64,000 nt of DNA from Candidatus Berkelbacteria bacterium (GTDB lineage: Bacteria; Patescibacteriota; UBA1384; 2-12-FULL-50-11): NCBI GenBank assembly GCA_016432625.1, contig CP066697.1, positions 279,363-343,362 of the forward strand, written 5' to 3'. Positions 1 to 9,185 of this stretch are shown one piece after another; within the stretch, counting starts at the first letter, position 1; each line of letters begins with the position of its first letter. Under the pieces are notes generated by a model, which saw only the letters and a list, made by a program, of their open reading frames with translations, was not told the DNA's origin and made no database searches. The position numbers and the translations under genes are program-made.

Positions 1-671
1 TTTGCTATTCCAAAAATAACGTCAAAATCATTGGCTCGCATGCTGGTTTGAGTGTTGGAGCTGATGGCGCGACCCATCAGGCGCTTGAGGATGTGGCGAT
101 AATGCGCGTGTTACCAAATATGGTCGTGGTCGTGCCGTGCGATGCGACTGAAGCACATAAAGCCACCCTCGCAATCGCTAAACATAAAGGCCCGTGTTAT
201 TTACGACTCGGTCGAGAGAAAGTCCCCACCATCACGAGCGAGGAAACGCCGTTTGAACTTGGTAAAGCGATAACTATAACTAAAGGTAGCGATGTGACGA
301 TTGTCGCCAATGGCCCATTAGTATTCAACGCTCTACAGGCAGCTCACCAGCTTGAAGGCACGTACTCCGTCAGGGTCGTTAACCTTCATACCGTTAAACC
401 GTTAGATCATAAGACAATTTTAGACGCGGCAGAGGAGACCGGCGCCATTGTTACTGCCGAGGATCATCAAATTGACGGCGGAATGGGCTCGGCTGTTGCT
501 GAGCTGGTTAGCCAATTTAATCCGGTACCAGTTGTACGTGTCGGGGTTAAGGACAGTTTTGGTGAATCTGGATCGGTTAAGGAGTTAATGGACCACTTCG
601 GGCTAAACGTCGAGGCTATCTGCGACGCGGTCAAAAAAGCCATCACCCTGAAGGGAAAAAATGCTCGTTAA
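1..671 (+). CDS. tkt: transketolase, C-terminal subunit (5' partial; reading frame is open to the window edge)
   Basis: The in-frame translation upstream of the listed ORF reads ...IGSHAGLSVGADGATHQ, the transketolase central-domain motif. The rest is a transketolase C-terminal domain. The stop is TAA at 669-671. Confidence 0.8.
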   Translation, partial: CYSKNNVKIIGSHAGLSVGADGATHQALEDVAIMRVLPNMVVVVPCDATEAHKATLAIAKHKGPCYLRLGREKVPTITSEETPFELGKAITITKGSDVTIVANGPLVFNALQAAHQLEGTYSVRVVNLHTVKPLDHKTILDAAEETGAIVTAEDHQIDGGMGSAVAELVSQFNPVPVVRVGVKDSFGESGSVKELMDHFGLNVEAICDAVKKAITLKGKNAR

Positions 672-1506
672 CCTAACGAAAATACTCGCCTTGGCGGACG
701 AGGGCCACTACGCGATTGGCGGCTTCAATATGACCACACTCGAATCGGCCATGGCGGTTGTGGAGGCCGGAGAACAAGAAGATTCACCAGTCATCTTACA
801 AATTAGTGAGAAAACGATTGATTATATGGGCCTCGACTTGGCGTTTGCCATCGCCAAAACATTGGCCGATCGGGCAAAAGTGCCAGTTTGCGTCCATTTC
901 GATCACGGACGAAATTTTGAGCTCGTCGAACAATCCCTTCGAACTGGATTCTCCTCGGTCATGCTCGATGTCTCGCAAATGGAAAAGAACAAACGTATCC
1001 CGTTCGTCAAAGACTTTACGCTTAAAGCTCACAGGCTTGGGGCAACGGTCGAAGCGGAGGAGGATCAGATCGGAGGTCGAGAAGATTACGTCGAGGGTGA
1101 CAATAGCCATTTCACCGACCCAAAACGAGCCATGACTTTCGTTAAAGAGACCGGCGTTGATGCTTTTGCGGTTTCAATTGGTTCAACTCACGGCAAGCCA
1201 CTGCCACACGAGAGGCTCGACGTTGAGCTGCTCGCTGAAATTAATAAAGTTGTGAACGTGCCATTAGTCCTGCATGGCGCCTCATCTACCGACGAGAAAC
1301 TAGTGCGTGAAGTGATTTCAGCGGGGGTTTGCAAAATTAATATCGATACCGATTTGCGTCTAGCTTTCACACGCGAGTTGCGTCGTACTTTAAAGGATCC
1401 GGACATTTACGATCCGCGAGAAGAGCTTAAACCATCTCGTGACGAGATTATCGAAGAAGTTCGCCGACATATTAAGTTGTTTGGCAGTAGTGGGAAAGCC
1501 CGCTAA
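661..1506 (+). CDS. fba: class II fructose-bisphosphate aldolase
   Basis: It has the HFDHG and LHGASS motifs of class II FBA/tagatose-bisphosphate aldolases. Its start overlaps the tkt stop. Confidence 0.85.
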   Translation: MLVNLTKILALADEGHYAIGGFNMTTLESAMAVVEAGEQEDSPVILQISEKTIDYMGLDLAFAIAKTLADRAKVPVCVHFDHGRNFELVEQSLRTGFSSVMLDVSQMEKNKRIPFVKDFTLKAHRLGATVEAEEDQIGGREDYVEGDNSHFTDPKRAMTFVKETGVDAFAVSIGSTHGKPLPHERLDVELLAEINKVVNVPLVLHGASSTDEKLVREVISAGVCKINIDTDLRLAFTRELRRTLKDPDIYDPREELKPSRDEIIEEVRRHIKLFGSSGKAR

Positions 1507-1523
1507 GATGTCCAAGGAGGAAA

Positions 1524-2522
1524 ATGCTTAAAATTGCAATCAACGGTTTCGGCAGAATCGGGCGCACAGCAGCGCGAATCTTGCTTACTCACCATGCGGA
1601 ACAGGCCGAACTCGTCGCGGTTAATGATTTAACAGACCCCAAAACGCTGGCCCACCTTTTTACGTACGACTCAAATTACCGGACCTTCTCGCCCGCAGCC
1701 AAAAGCGATAGCGATCTAATTATTGTTGGTGAAAAACAGATAAAAGTTTTTGCCGAGCAAGACCCAGCGAAATTACCTTGGGACGAGTTAAATGTTGACG
1801 TGGTACTTGAATGCACTGGTCATTTCACGGACGGTAAAACCGCCGCAGCTCATCTTAAAGCCGGAGCTCGTCGGGTTGTGATTTCAGCACCTGCTGACAA
1901 CGCCCCGACGCATGTTCTTGGCGTTAATGACGAAACGGCTCACGAATCTGAAGTTATCAACAATGCCTCATGCACGACTAACTGTATTAGCCCGGTCGCC
2001 GCGGTGATGCATGCCAAGTTTGGTGTGGCAAAGGCAATGATGACAACAATTCACTCGTACACTCAGGATCAGAATTTGCAGGACGGACCACACAAGGATT
2101 TGCGTCGCGCTCGCGCCGCCGCTCAAAATATTGTCCCAACGACAACCGGCGCCGCTAAAGCAACAACGGAAGTTATTCCCGAGCTTAAAGGCTTATTTGA
2201 TGGTCTAGCCATCAGGGTTCCAACACCGGTCGGTTCGCTAGCCGATTTCACTTTCTTACTAAAAAGTAAGACGACTGTGGACGAAATTAAGCAGGTACTA
2301 ATCGATGCCGCAAAAAGCCCGAGGTATCGGGGGATTCTTGAGGTAACAGACGAGCCGCTTGTTTCATCAGATGTTATTGGTAACCCTGCCTCAGCTATTG
2401 TCGACTTGTCGCTTACCCAAGTGATCGATGGCGATATGGCAAAAGTAATTGCCTGGTACGACAACGAATACGGCTATTCTTGCCGGCTTGTCGAGATGGC
2501 TCTAAAAGTTGGGGCAAAGTAA
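1524..2522 (+). CDS. gap: glyceraldehyde-3-phosphate dehydrogenase
   Basis: INGFGRIGR Rossmann N-terminus and the ASCTTNC active-site motif. An AAGGAGG RBS precedes the ATG. Confidence 0.9.
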   Translation: MLKIAINGFGRIGRTAARILLTHHAEQAELVAVNDLTDPKTLAHLFTYDSNYRTFSPAAKSDSDLIIVGEKQIKVFAEQDPAKLPWDELNVDVVLECTGHFTDGKTAAAHLKAGARRVVISAPADNAPTHVLGVNDETAHESEVINNASCTTNCISPVAAVMHAKFGVAKAMMTTIHSYTQDQNLQDGPHKDLRRARAAAQNIVPTTTGAAKATTEVIPELKGLFDGLAIRVPTPVGSLADFTFLLKSKTTVDEIKQVLIDAAKSPRYRGILEVTDEPLVSSDVIGNPASAIVDLSLTQVIDGDMAKVIAWYDNEYGYSCRLVEMALKVGAK

Positions 2523-3208
2523 TGCGCAGCGGTACCTACGACGGGGCGACGATTTCAGCGTTGGGCCATGACGGCTTTATTGTCGAATATCCCGAGCAAA
2601 AGTTTACTTTTGCCTTTGATCCGTATGACGTCAAAGACGAGTTCGTTACTCCAGTGGACTTTGTTTTTGTGTCTCACCCACATTTCGACCACTGTGACGT
2701 TAACTCAATCAGAAAGCTTCTGAAGCCGAGCGGTAAAATATTTGCCCCGCCGGCCGCCGCAAAGGAGCTGGAGTCATTCGGCGCCCAATTAGAAATTTTT
2801 GATGGCAAAGATAAGCGCGCCACGAAATTTTTTAAATATTGGACGGTTCCTGCTTACAATATCGATAAATTTCGAACACCAAACGAAGTATTTCACCCTA
2901 AGGAAGCAGGTTTTGTTGGCTGGATCATTGAAGTTGGTGCGACGCGCTACTACCACGCTGGTGACAGTGACTTCACCCCTGAAATGGCGGAGTTAAAGAA
3001 GATTGACGTTGCCTTTCTACCGATCTCTGGGACGTTTGTAATGACACTCGAGGAGGCGATCAAGGCGGTTGAAGTTTTGGAGCCAGATGTGGTTGTGCCG
3101 ATGCATTTCGGTAAGTTACTTGGCTCGGTATCTGACGCCCATCGTTTTGCTAATTTACTGAAGGAAAAGTCCAAGATTCTTGTTCTATCAACCGAGAGCT
3201 ATCCGTGA
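2522..3208 (+). CDS. metallo-beta-lactamase-fold hydrolase
   Basis: It has an HPHFDHCD (HxHxDH) metal-binding motif. The ATG overlaps the gap stop (TAATG). An alternative upstream start at 2480 would overlap gap. Confidence 0.6.
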   Translation: MRSGTYDGATISALGHDGFIVEYPEQKFTFAFDPYDVKDEFVTPVDFVFVSHPHFDHCDVNSIRKLLKPSGKIFAPPAAAKELESFGAQLEIFDGKDKRATKFFKYWTVPAYNIDKFRTPNEVFHPKEAGFVGWIIEVGATRYYHAGDSDFTPEMAELKKIDVAFLPISGTFVMTLEEAIKAVEVLEPDVVVPMHFGKLLGSVSDAHRFANLLKEKSKILVLSTESYP

Positions 3209-3245
3209 CTTTGGACGGTTTTTAAGGTAGAATTTGGCTCGTCAA

Positions 3246-4373
3246 ATGGTAAGAATTTATGCCGATTACGCTGCGGCCACACCGACCGATAAGAAAGTTG
3301 CACTAGCAATGCAGCCTTTTTTTACGAACAATTTCGGTAATCCGTCGAGCAATCATAACTTCGGACGTTTCGCGGCTGACGCGGTAGAGTCCTCACGAGC
3401 CGAGATTGCGAAATTTATCAACGCCAAACCCAAAGAAGTATATTTTACTGGTACCGGCACTGAGAGTAATAATTTAGCTATTTTGGGGGCCGCAAGGGCA
3501 AATAAAAAAACCGGCAACCACATTGTTACCACTCAAATTGAGCACCCCAGTGTTCTAACCACCTGCCAAGCACTAGAGCGTGATGGATTACAAGTTGCAT
3601 ATGTCGCCCCACATGAGAATGGAACGGTATCACCGAAGCAAATTGCGTCCGCCGTCACGGCCAAGACGTCCCTTATCAGTGTCCATCTGGCAAACTCTGA
3701 AATCGGCGTAATCCAGGACGTCGCCGCTATTGTACAAGCGGTGAAGTCGAAAAACCCTCAAACCCTTGTACATGTTGATGCTTGCCAAGCAACGAGTTTT
3801 ATCGAGTTCGATGTTCAGAAACTTGGGGTGGATCTGTTGGCGTTTAATGGTAGCAAGGCATATGGCCCGAAAGGTATCGCGGTGCTTTACGTACGAGATA
3901 AGGTTAGCATTTTCCCGTTAATTTACGGTGGGGGACAGGAACAGAGTTTGCGTAGCGGTACTGAGAATGTGCCGGGGATCGTCGGACTAGCGGAAGCGGT
4001 TCGAATTATTAAGAACAACCGCCAAAAAGACTTCATTAAGATAAGTGATTTGCGAGATTTTCTTCAAGCAGAGCTTAAAAGTCTCGGTAATATTTTAGTT
4101 AACTGTGAAGACGCCCCACGCTTACCTAACCATCTTTCGGTGACACTCGCGAAGACTAAGTCCACCGATCTCGTCCGCGATTTAGATGCGGCAGGAATCG
4201 CTGTGTCGGCAGGAAGCGCCTGCAGCTCAAAGAGTCTAGCCGAGTCACATGTTTTAGCCGCCATCGGGCTCAATTCTCAGCTGGCGAATAAAACGATCCG
4301 TATAACGCTTGGGCGGGAAACAACAAGCAGCGATTGTCGAACGATTATCGACACAATTAAAACGTTAGTCTAA
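3246..4373 (+). CDS. cysteine desulfurase / class V aminotransferase (IscS/NifS-like)
   Basis: N-terminus is YADYAAATP and the PLP-lysine region is FNGSKAYGPKG. An alternative TTG start lies at 3234. Confidence 0.75.
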   Translation: MVRIYADYAAATPTDKKVALAMQPFFTNNFGNPSSNHNFGRFAADAVESSRAEIAKFINAKPKEVYFTGTGTESNNLAILGAARANKKTGNHIVTTQIEHPSVLTTCQALERDGLQVAYVAPHENGTVSPKQIASAVTAKTSLISVHLANSEIGVIQDVAAIVQAVKSKNPQTLVHVDACQATSFIEFDVQKLGVDLLAFNGSKAYGPKGIAVLYVRDKVSIFPLIYGGGQEQSLRSGTENVPGIVGLAEAVRIIKNNRQKDFIKISDLRDFLQAELKSLGNILVNCEDAPRLPNHLSVTLAKTKSTDLVRDLDAAGIAVSAGSACSSKSLAESHVLAAIGLNSQLANKTIRITLGRETTSSDCRTIIDTIKTLV

Positions 4374-4709
4374 TGGTCCCGCGCGATTGCTTGGGACCAT
4401 TGAGAGCCGTCATTGGCTAGACTTGCCACCTGTCGTTACCCTGCTCACGTTCTGCCCGTTCGGCGATGTACCGCTCAATCGGACCGCGCGTGTCATTCTG
4501 GGACGACGGCTGGGGTCGTAGCTCGTCAGTTGTTGCTTCACCACGTAGTCGGGCGAAGCAGCAGCTGTTGAGATCAGGGTTAAATAAGGAACACCAATCT
4601 GGGTCACTACACATGCTGTCCTCCCGCTCTGTAGAATGAGCAGTTGCCTTTCGGTATGAATATCTTAGTATTAACTTCAACGATAATAAACATTGATAAG
4701 GAGGCCGAG

Positions 4710-5297
4710 ATGTACGAAGCCAAAAAATTTAGTTCGATTCGCGAGCTTGATGGTATTAGCGAACGGACTATGACCGAGCACTATAAGCTCTACGAGGGTT
4801 ATGTTAAGAAGTGGAACGAGATTATCGGCGAATTACGGGAAGTTGACCTGGCTTCGGCGAACCAAATTTCCTCAAAATTTCGTGCCCTGTCGGTCGAGAT
4901 GACTTTCGCGTTGTCGGGCATAAAAAATCATGAGGTATATTTCGGGCTCCTAGGTGGTAGTGGTGAGCAACCGTCGGGCAAATTGTTAGAACGACTTACC
5001 AAAGACTTTGGCTCGTATGAATCATGGAAAGACATTTTCACCGCTGCTGGTATGGCAGCTCGCGGTTGGGCACACCTAGTTTGGGATCGTGACTTAGAGC
5101 GCTTGCTGGTGATCGTTGGCGATTCTCAAAATACTTATTTGAACTGGAATTCTGTTCCGCTGGTTGCACTGGACGTCTACGAGCATGCTTATTTTATCGA
5201 CTACGGCGTAAAACGCGCTGACTACGTTACAGCGTTCTTTAAGAACATCGACTGGTCGGTCGTCGAAAAACAATTCGCAGCGGTAAGTGTCAGATGA
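4710..5297 (+). CDS. Fe/Mn superoxide dismutase family protein
   Basis: C-terminal DVYEHAYFIDY metal-ligand motif and a mid NHEVYF motif. The ATG at 4710 is preceded by an AAGGAGG RBS. The N-terminal His motif is atypical (EHYKLYE). Confidence 0.75.
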   Translation: MYEAKKFSSIRELDGISERTMTEHYKLYEGYVKKWNEIIGELREVDLASANQISSKFRALSVEMTFALSGIKNHEVYFGLLGGSGEQPSGKLLERLTKDFGSYESWKDIFTAAGMAARGWAHLVWDRDLERLLVIVGDSQNTYLNWNSVPLVALDVYEHAYFIDYGVKRADYVTAFFKNIDWSVVEKQFAAVSVR

Positions 5298-6124
5298 TTA
5301 TCGGTGCTCACGTACCGACTGCGGGTGGCTTGGAGACCGCTCTTAAAAAGGGTCGCGAGATCGGCGCGGAAGCGCTACAAATCTTCCCCTCAGCTCCCTT
5401 GCAGTGGAAAATTCGTGGTTGGAGCGACGAGGCATGTGCGGCTTTTCTAGAGGCATGGCCGAAACAATTTAAACAAGTTATCTTTCATGGCATATATCTA
5501 ACTAACCTTGCAGGCGCTTCAGCGGATAACGTCGTCAAAACAATTACTGCCTTAACCGAGACGCTAAAATTAGCCCCGAAAGTTGGCGTCGTGGGAACGG
5601 TTTTCCACCCAGGCACTTATAACGGCGGAATCGAAAGCAACGCCAAACAAATTAAGCAAATTATTAAGACGGTACTCGACGCAACACCACCCGAGGCTAA
5701 ATTAATTTATGAGAACTCAGCTGGCTCAACAATCGGCGGTAAACTCGAAGATTTGGCTTGGTTGTTAGAAAATTCAAGCGACCGAAAACGTGCCGGTGTT
5801 TGTTTGGATACTTGCCACGCTTTCGCGGCTGGGTACGACATCTCCAATGCCGAAGGTTACGAAAAGTATGTTAACGAAGTCTCTCGGCTTATTGGCCTGG
5901 AGAACGTGTTCTGCTGGCATCTCAATGACTCAAAATTTGATCTTGGTGCCAAACGCGACCGGCACGAGAATATCGGCGAAGGGAAGATGGGATCACTGCC
6001 GTTTGAGCTCATCGTCAATGACGAACGTTGGGCAAACTTGGCCGGATATCTTGAAGTACCGGGCTACGACAACCTCGGGCCAGACGCGAGAAACGTTGCC
6101 ACACTCACGAAATTGCGTCCATAG
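5294..6124 (+). CDS. nfo: endonuclease IV (AP endonuclease family 2)
   Basis: HGIYLTNLA, HLNDSK and DRHENIGEG motifs. The start overlaps the SOD stop (ATGA). Confidence 0.85.
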   Translation: MIIGAHVPTAGGLETALKKGREIGAEALQIFPSAPLQWKIRGWSDEACAAFLEAWPKQFKQVIFHGIYLTNLAGASADNVVKTITALTETLKLAPKVGVVGTVFHPGTYNGGIESNAKQIKQIIKTVLDATPPEAKLIYENSAGSTIGGKLEDLAWLLENSSDRKRAGVCLDTCHAFAAGYDISNAEGYEKYVNEVSRLIGLENVFCWHLNDSKFDLGAKRDRHENIGEGKMGSLPFELIVNDERWANLAGYLEVPGYDNLGPDARNVATLTKLRP

Positions 6125-6269
6125 TACCAACTCGCCAATTTTCCATACCCGCCGGGATCGAAGAACCCTAGGGAAAGCAGTTGGCATACAATTTCTTCCT
6201 GCCAACTTCTATTGTAACTGGCTCGGGCCTTTGTTTAACTGTACAAGAAGTAAGAATTAGGAGGAAAAA

Positions 6270-6695
6270 ATGAAAACGTTAATATGGGTAGTAGTAATTT
6301 TGGTTCTGATCATCGCGGCTTGGTTCTTGTTTGGTAATAAGAATAACGACAGCAGTAGTAATGACGATGTGTCCAACCAGCAATCCGGCACCGCTAGCCA
6401 AGACGATGGTAGCGTCGCTGTTGAGCGAACAATCGCTTATACCGACAACGGTTTTTCGCCTGATTCTGCAACTGTCAAAGCTGGCACCAAAGTAATCTTT
6501 CGCAACGATAGCAGCAATCCACTTTGGGTTGCATCTGATCCTCACCCAACGCATACAGGAATGCCGGGACTTGATGCTGGCAAGAACTTAGCCAAAGGCG
6601 AGAGCTTTTCCTTCACTTTCAACGAGGTCGGCGCCTGGGGTTATCACAACCATTCCGACACGTCTGACACCGGCAAGATAACCGTCGAGAAATAG
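6270..6695 (+). CDS. membrane-anchored cupredoxin-like domain protein
   Basis: N-terminal transmembrane helix and a Ser/Asp-rich linker, then a beta-rich domain with HPTHTGMPG and YHNHSD motifs reminiscent of plastocyanin-like proteins. No Cys ligand. Strong AGGAGG RBS. Confidence 0.5.
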   Translation: MKTLIWVVVILVLIIAAWFLFGNKNNDSSSNDDVSNQQSGTASQDDGSVAVERTIAYTDNGFSPDSATVKAGTKVIFRNDSSNPLWVASDPHPTHTGMPGLDAGKNLAKGESFSFTFNEVGAWGYHNHSDTSDTGKITVEK

Positions 6696-6697
6696 CG

Positions 6698-8239
6698 CTA
6701 TTTCTTAGTCAATAAATCGTTCGTATAACCTGGGAAGAAATCCTGGCGGATGTTCGATCTTGGCACGCCCATCTCGCCTAAAAGTTGCGACAAAGCTTCG
6801 ACCATCGGCTCTGGTCCAGAGACATAGAACAGTTGGCTAAGCAGGTCAGGTACTTCCTCCTTTATCACAGCAGGGCTTATCTGACCTTTATAGCCGCTCC
6901 AGTTTTCTGGTGGGTTGCTGACAACGGTTACTATCTTCAGGCCAAATGCCTCGCTGGCTTCGTGGAAAAGATCCATGAAAACCAAATCCTCGGCGGTTTT
7001 AGTAGCATAAATGAGAATAATATCGCGTCGTTCGCCGCTATCGACGAGATATTTAATCATGCTGCGGAACGGGGTGATGCCGATGCCACCGGCAATAAAA
7101 ACCAATGGCTTGGTTTTATCGCTTGGCATGACGAAGTCGCCTTCAAGGCCGCGTGCAAAGACTTGTTGATGCGGTTTTAAGGCTCGCAAGGCTGTCTTAA
7201 AACTGCTCGACTTATCAGCAAAACGGGTGGTTAGAAGCAGGAGTTTTTCGGTAGGCGATGAGGAGATAGTAAACCAGCGCCTTACCCCACGACTATCTGG
7301 ACTAGAGTGTGGTAACGTCCATTCCAAAAACTGTCCGGGCACAAAATTAACTTTCGGCTGCGGCTCAAAAGTGAAAAGTTCAATTGTCGGCGCTAATTTA
7401 TCTTGTTTAACGAGCGTCATAGTAAAGTAGTCAATCTTCTCCACAACTCGGGCGAGAATGTTTCCGAGTAAGAGTGATAATTCGAGCGAGTAGGGGATAC
7501 TTGGTAAAAAGCGCTGAATAGCCACGCCGCCAAAAGCAATTAACACCGCGTAGGCGTAACCAAGACGGTGATTAGCTGGGGAGGTTGCCGGCTCTGGCAG
7601 CATCACTAACGCAAAGAAAAATAGCGGCGAGTTTAGTAACAAGCCTTCGATGAGCTTGGCGTTGTCCGATAGCGGCAGCCCAGTTCCGTTCAGAGTAAAG
7701 AATAGGAGAAGAAAGGCCACTATATATACCACGGCCATTTTTAACCGGCGAATCTTGTATCCGATTAGAATAGCGCCAGCCACCACTAAAACGGTTAGTG
7801 GCATAACTCCTATCCACCAGCTCGCCCCCGTTCCGGTAGTTAAATACATCGTAACGACACCAACTGCTGCTGGGTTGAAGATATGGCGGGATTTAAACCG
7901 CAGAAGGTATTTCGATGCCATTGCTGCTGCAGCGGCAATTAGCAGCGGCAGCCACGAGGCGCTTAACGAGGCTGGACCAACAATAAGGGCGAGGATAAGC
8001 GAAGAGATCAGCCACGATTCTGGATTAGGTCTGACTTTGAAAAATCGTGCCAGTAACAAATTGAAGACGTAGCAGCTAACGACAGAAACAAGCGTGGTTG
8101 TGGCTATCGCACTCGCTTCAAACGGTACTTTATCCGCCAGTGCCAAAACGAAAGCAATCGCCAGCATCCCAGCGAGAAACCGCACCATTAGCGCATACAT
8201 CGTCATTGATCCCAAAAACTTTGTTAATGCGGGCCTCAT
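6698..8239 (-). CDS. membrane flavoprotein oxidoreductase: NqrB/RnfD-like polytopic domain fused to a ferredoxin-NADP reductase-like FAD/NAD(P) domain
   Basis: The N-terminal half has at least 6 hydrophobic helices with HIFNPAA and a TTGTGAS (flavinylation-like TGAS) motif. The C-terminal half has RWFTISS (RxYS FAD motif) and GGIGITP (NAD(P) motif). Confidence 0.6.
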   Translation of the reverse strand: MRPALTKFLGSMTMYALMVRFLAGMLAIAFVLALADKVPFEASAIATTTLVSVVSCYVFNLLLARFFKVRPNPESWLISSLILALIVGPASLSASWLPLLIAAAAAMASKYLLRFKSRHIFNPAAVGVVTMYLTTGTGASWWIGVMPLTVLVVAGAILIGYKIRRLKMAVVYIVAFLLLFFTLNGTGLPLSDNAKLIEGLLLNSPLFFFALVMLPEPATSPANHRLGYAYAVLIAFGGVAIQRFLPSIPYSLELSLLLGNILARVVEKIDYFTMTLVKQDKLAPTIELFTFEPQPKVNFVPGQFLEWTLPHSSPDSRGVRRWFTISSSPTEKLLLLTTRFADKSSSFKTALRALKPHQQVFARGLEGDFVMPSDKTKPLVFIAGGIGITPFRSMIKYLVDSGERRDIILIYATKTAEDLVFMDLFHEASEAFGLKIVTVVSNPPENWSGYKGQISPAVIKEEVPDLLSQLFYVSGPEPMVEALSQLLGEMGVPRSNIRQDFFPGYTNDLLTKK

Positions 8240-8329
8240 CTCTTAATTGTTAGCATACGAAGGGCGCAAAATCTTGTACTTCAGGTCAGACGTTACGTAT
8301 AGTGAGGACAACATAGGAAGGAGGTGAAA

Positions 8330-8743
8330 ATGAATTACGATATCTCTGTAAATTATTGGGCAGTGTTTGTGGCAGCAATCGCATATATGGTGGTTGGTTA
8401 TATATGGTACAGTTTGCCAGTGTTTGGTCGGATGTGGATTGCTGCTATAGGTAAAACCGAACAGGAGATTAAGGAAGGTTATAAACCGGTCACGATGTTG
8501 TGGACCTATATTTTGGCCGCAATCGGGGCTTATGTTTTGGCTCACTTTATTCGGCTTGTGGGCACCACAACGATGACTGAGGCTCTCCAGACTGCTGCTT
8601 GGGCTTGGGTCGGCTTCATTGCTGTGACAATGGCTACGAATGCTTTTTATGAAGGTCGGAGCGCTAGACTCTTCTGGATTAACGCGCTTTACCAACTAGT
8701 TTCAATCCTAATTGCCGCGGCAATTTTATTTGCCTGGCAGTAG
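8330..8743 (+). CDS. small polytopic membrane protein (DUF1761-like)
   Basis: Four predicted hydrophobic helices. The ATG at 8330 is 6 nt downstream of GGAAGGAGG. Confidence 0.5.
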   Translation: MNYDISVNYWAVFVAAIAYMVVGYIWYSLPVFGRMWIAAIGKTEQEIKEGYKPVTMLWTYILAAIGAYVLAHFIRLVGTTTMTEALQTAAWAWVGFIAVTMATNAFYEGRSARLFWINALYQLVSILIAAAILFAWQ

Positions 8744-8749
8744 TCTTCG

Positions 8750-8786
8750 AAGCAAAAACAGCCTAATCTTAAGGCTGTTTTTGCTT
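8750..8786. terminator. bidirectional intrinsic terminator between convergent genes
   Basis: A 15-bp perfect stem (aagcaaaaacagcct / aggctgtttttgctt) with a 6-nt loop and T/A runs on both sides. It overlaps the last codons of the minus-strand gene. Confidence 0.6.
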
Positions 8787-9164
8787 GTCTTCTAAAAGTT
8801 CCTTGATAGCGCCGAGGTAAAAGCTCTTCCAGCCGTCTATAAGGTCTTTCGTCTCTTCTTCGGGGTGGCCAGTCTGTGTTAACTCGACACGAGTCACGTC
8901 GCCCTCTTCAAACAATTCAAAAACAACTGTCGAGGGGCTTGGCCAGTCACCGTACTCCCAGTCTTGAACTAACTTCTTCTTCGGCACTACGATTGTATTT
9001 GTGCCGTGAATCTCTCCTCCCCAAAACTCGAATCTACTACCGACTTTTTCGTCCATTATCGCTGGACCGCCTTCCCATTTGTCGATTTCTGCTGGGTCAG
9101 TCAGAGCTTTCCAAACGGCTGTTATCGGGGCGTTGATTGTTACTGTCAGGTGAATTTCGTCCAT
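8769..9164 (-). CDS. SRPBCC-superfamily protein (AHSA1 / activator of Hsp90 ATPase-like)
   Basis: 131 aa. Overall similarity pattern to AHSA1-domain proteins (TVTINAPITAVWKALTDP...). Confidence 0.5.
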   Translation of the reverse strand: MDEIHLTVTINAPITAVWKALTDPAEIDKWEGGPAIMDEKVGSRFEFWGGEIHGTNTIVVPKKKLVQDWEYGDWPSPSTVVFELFEEGDVTRVELTQTGHPEEETKDLIDGWKSFYLGAIKELLEDKQKQP

Positions 9165-9185
9165 GATTCATTTAATATACCTTTT

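Noticed and set aside
758-1135. Internal and antisense ORFs within fba, gap, uvrA, gyrA, rpoB, rpoC and fusA (many entries in the ORF track)
   Set aside because: They are embedded in strongly supported conserved genes and have no independent start signals. They are typical shadow ORFs.
4417-4680. 87-aa minus-strand ORF in the desulfurase-SOD spacer
   Set aside because: It has no RBS, overlaps the SOD start and RBS, and its product is low-complexity. The region is more likely non-coding.
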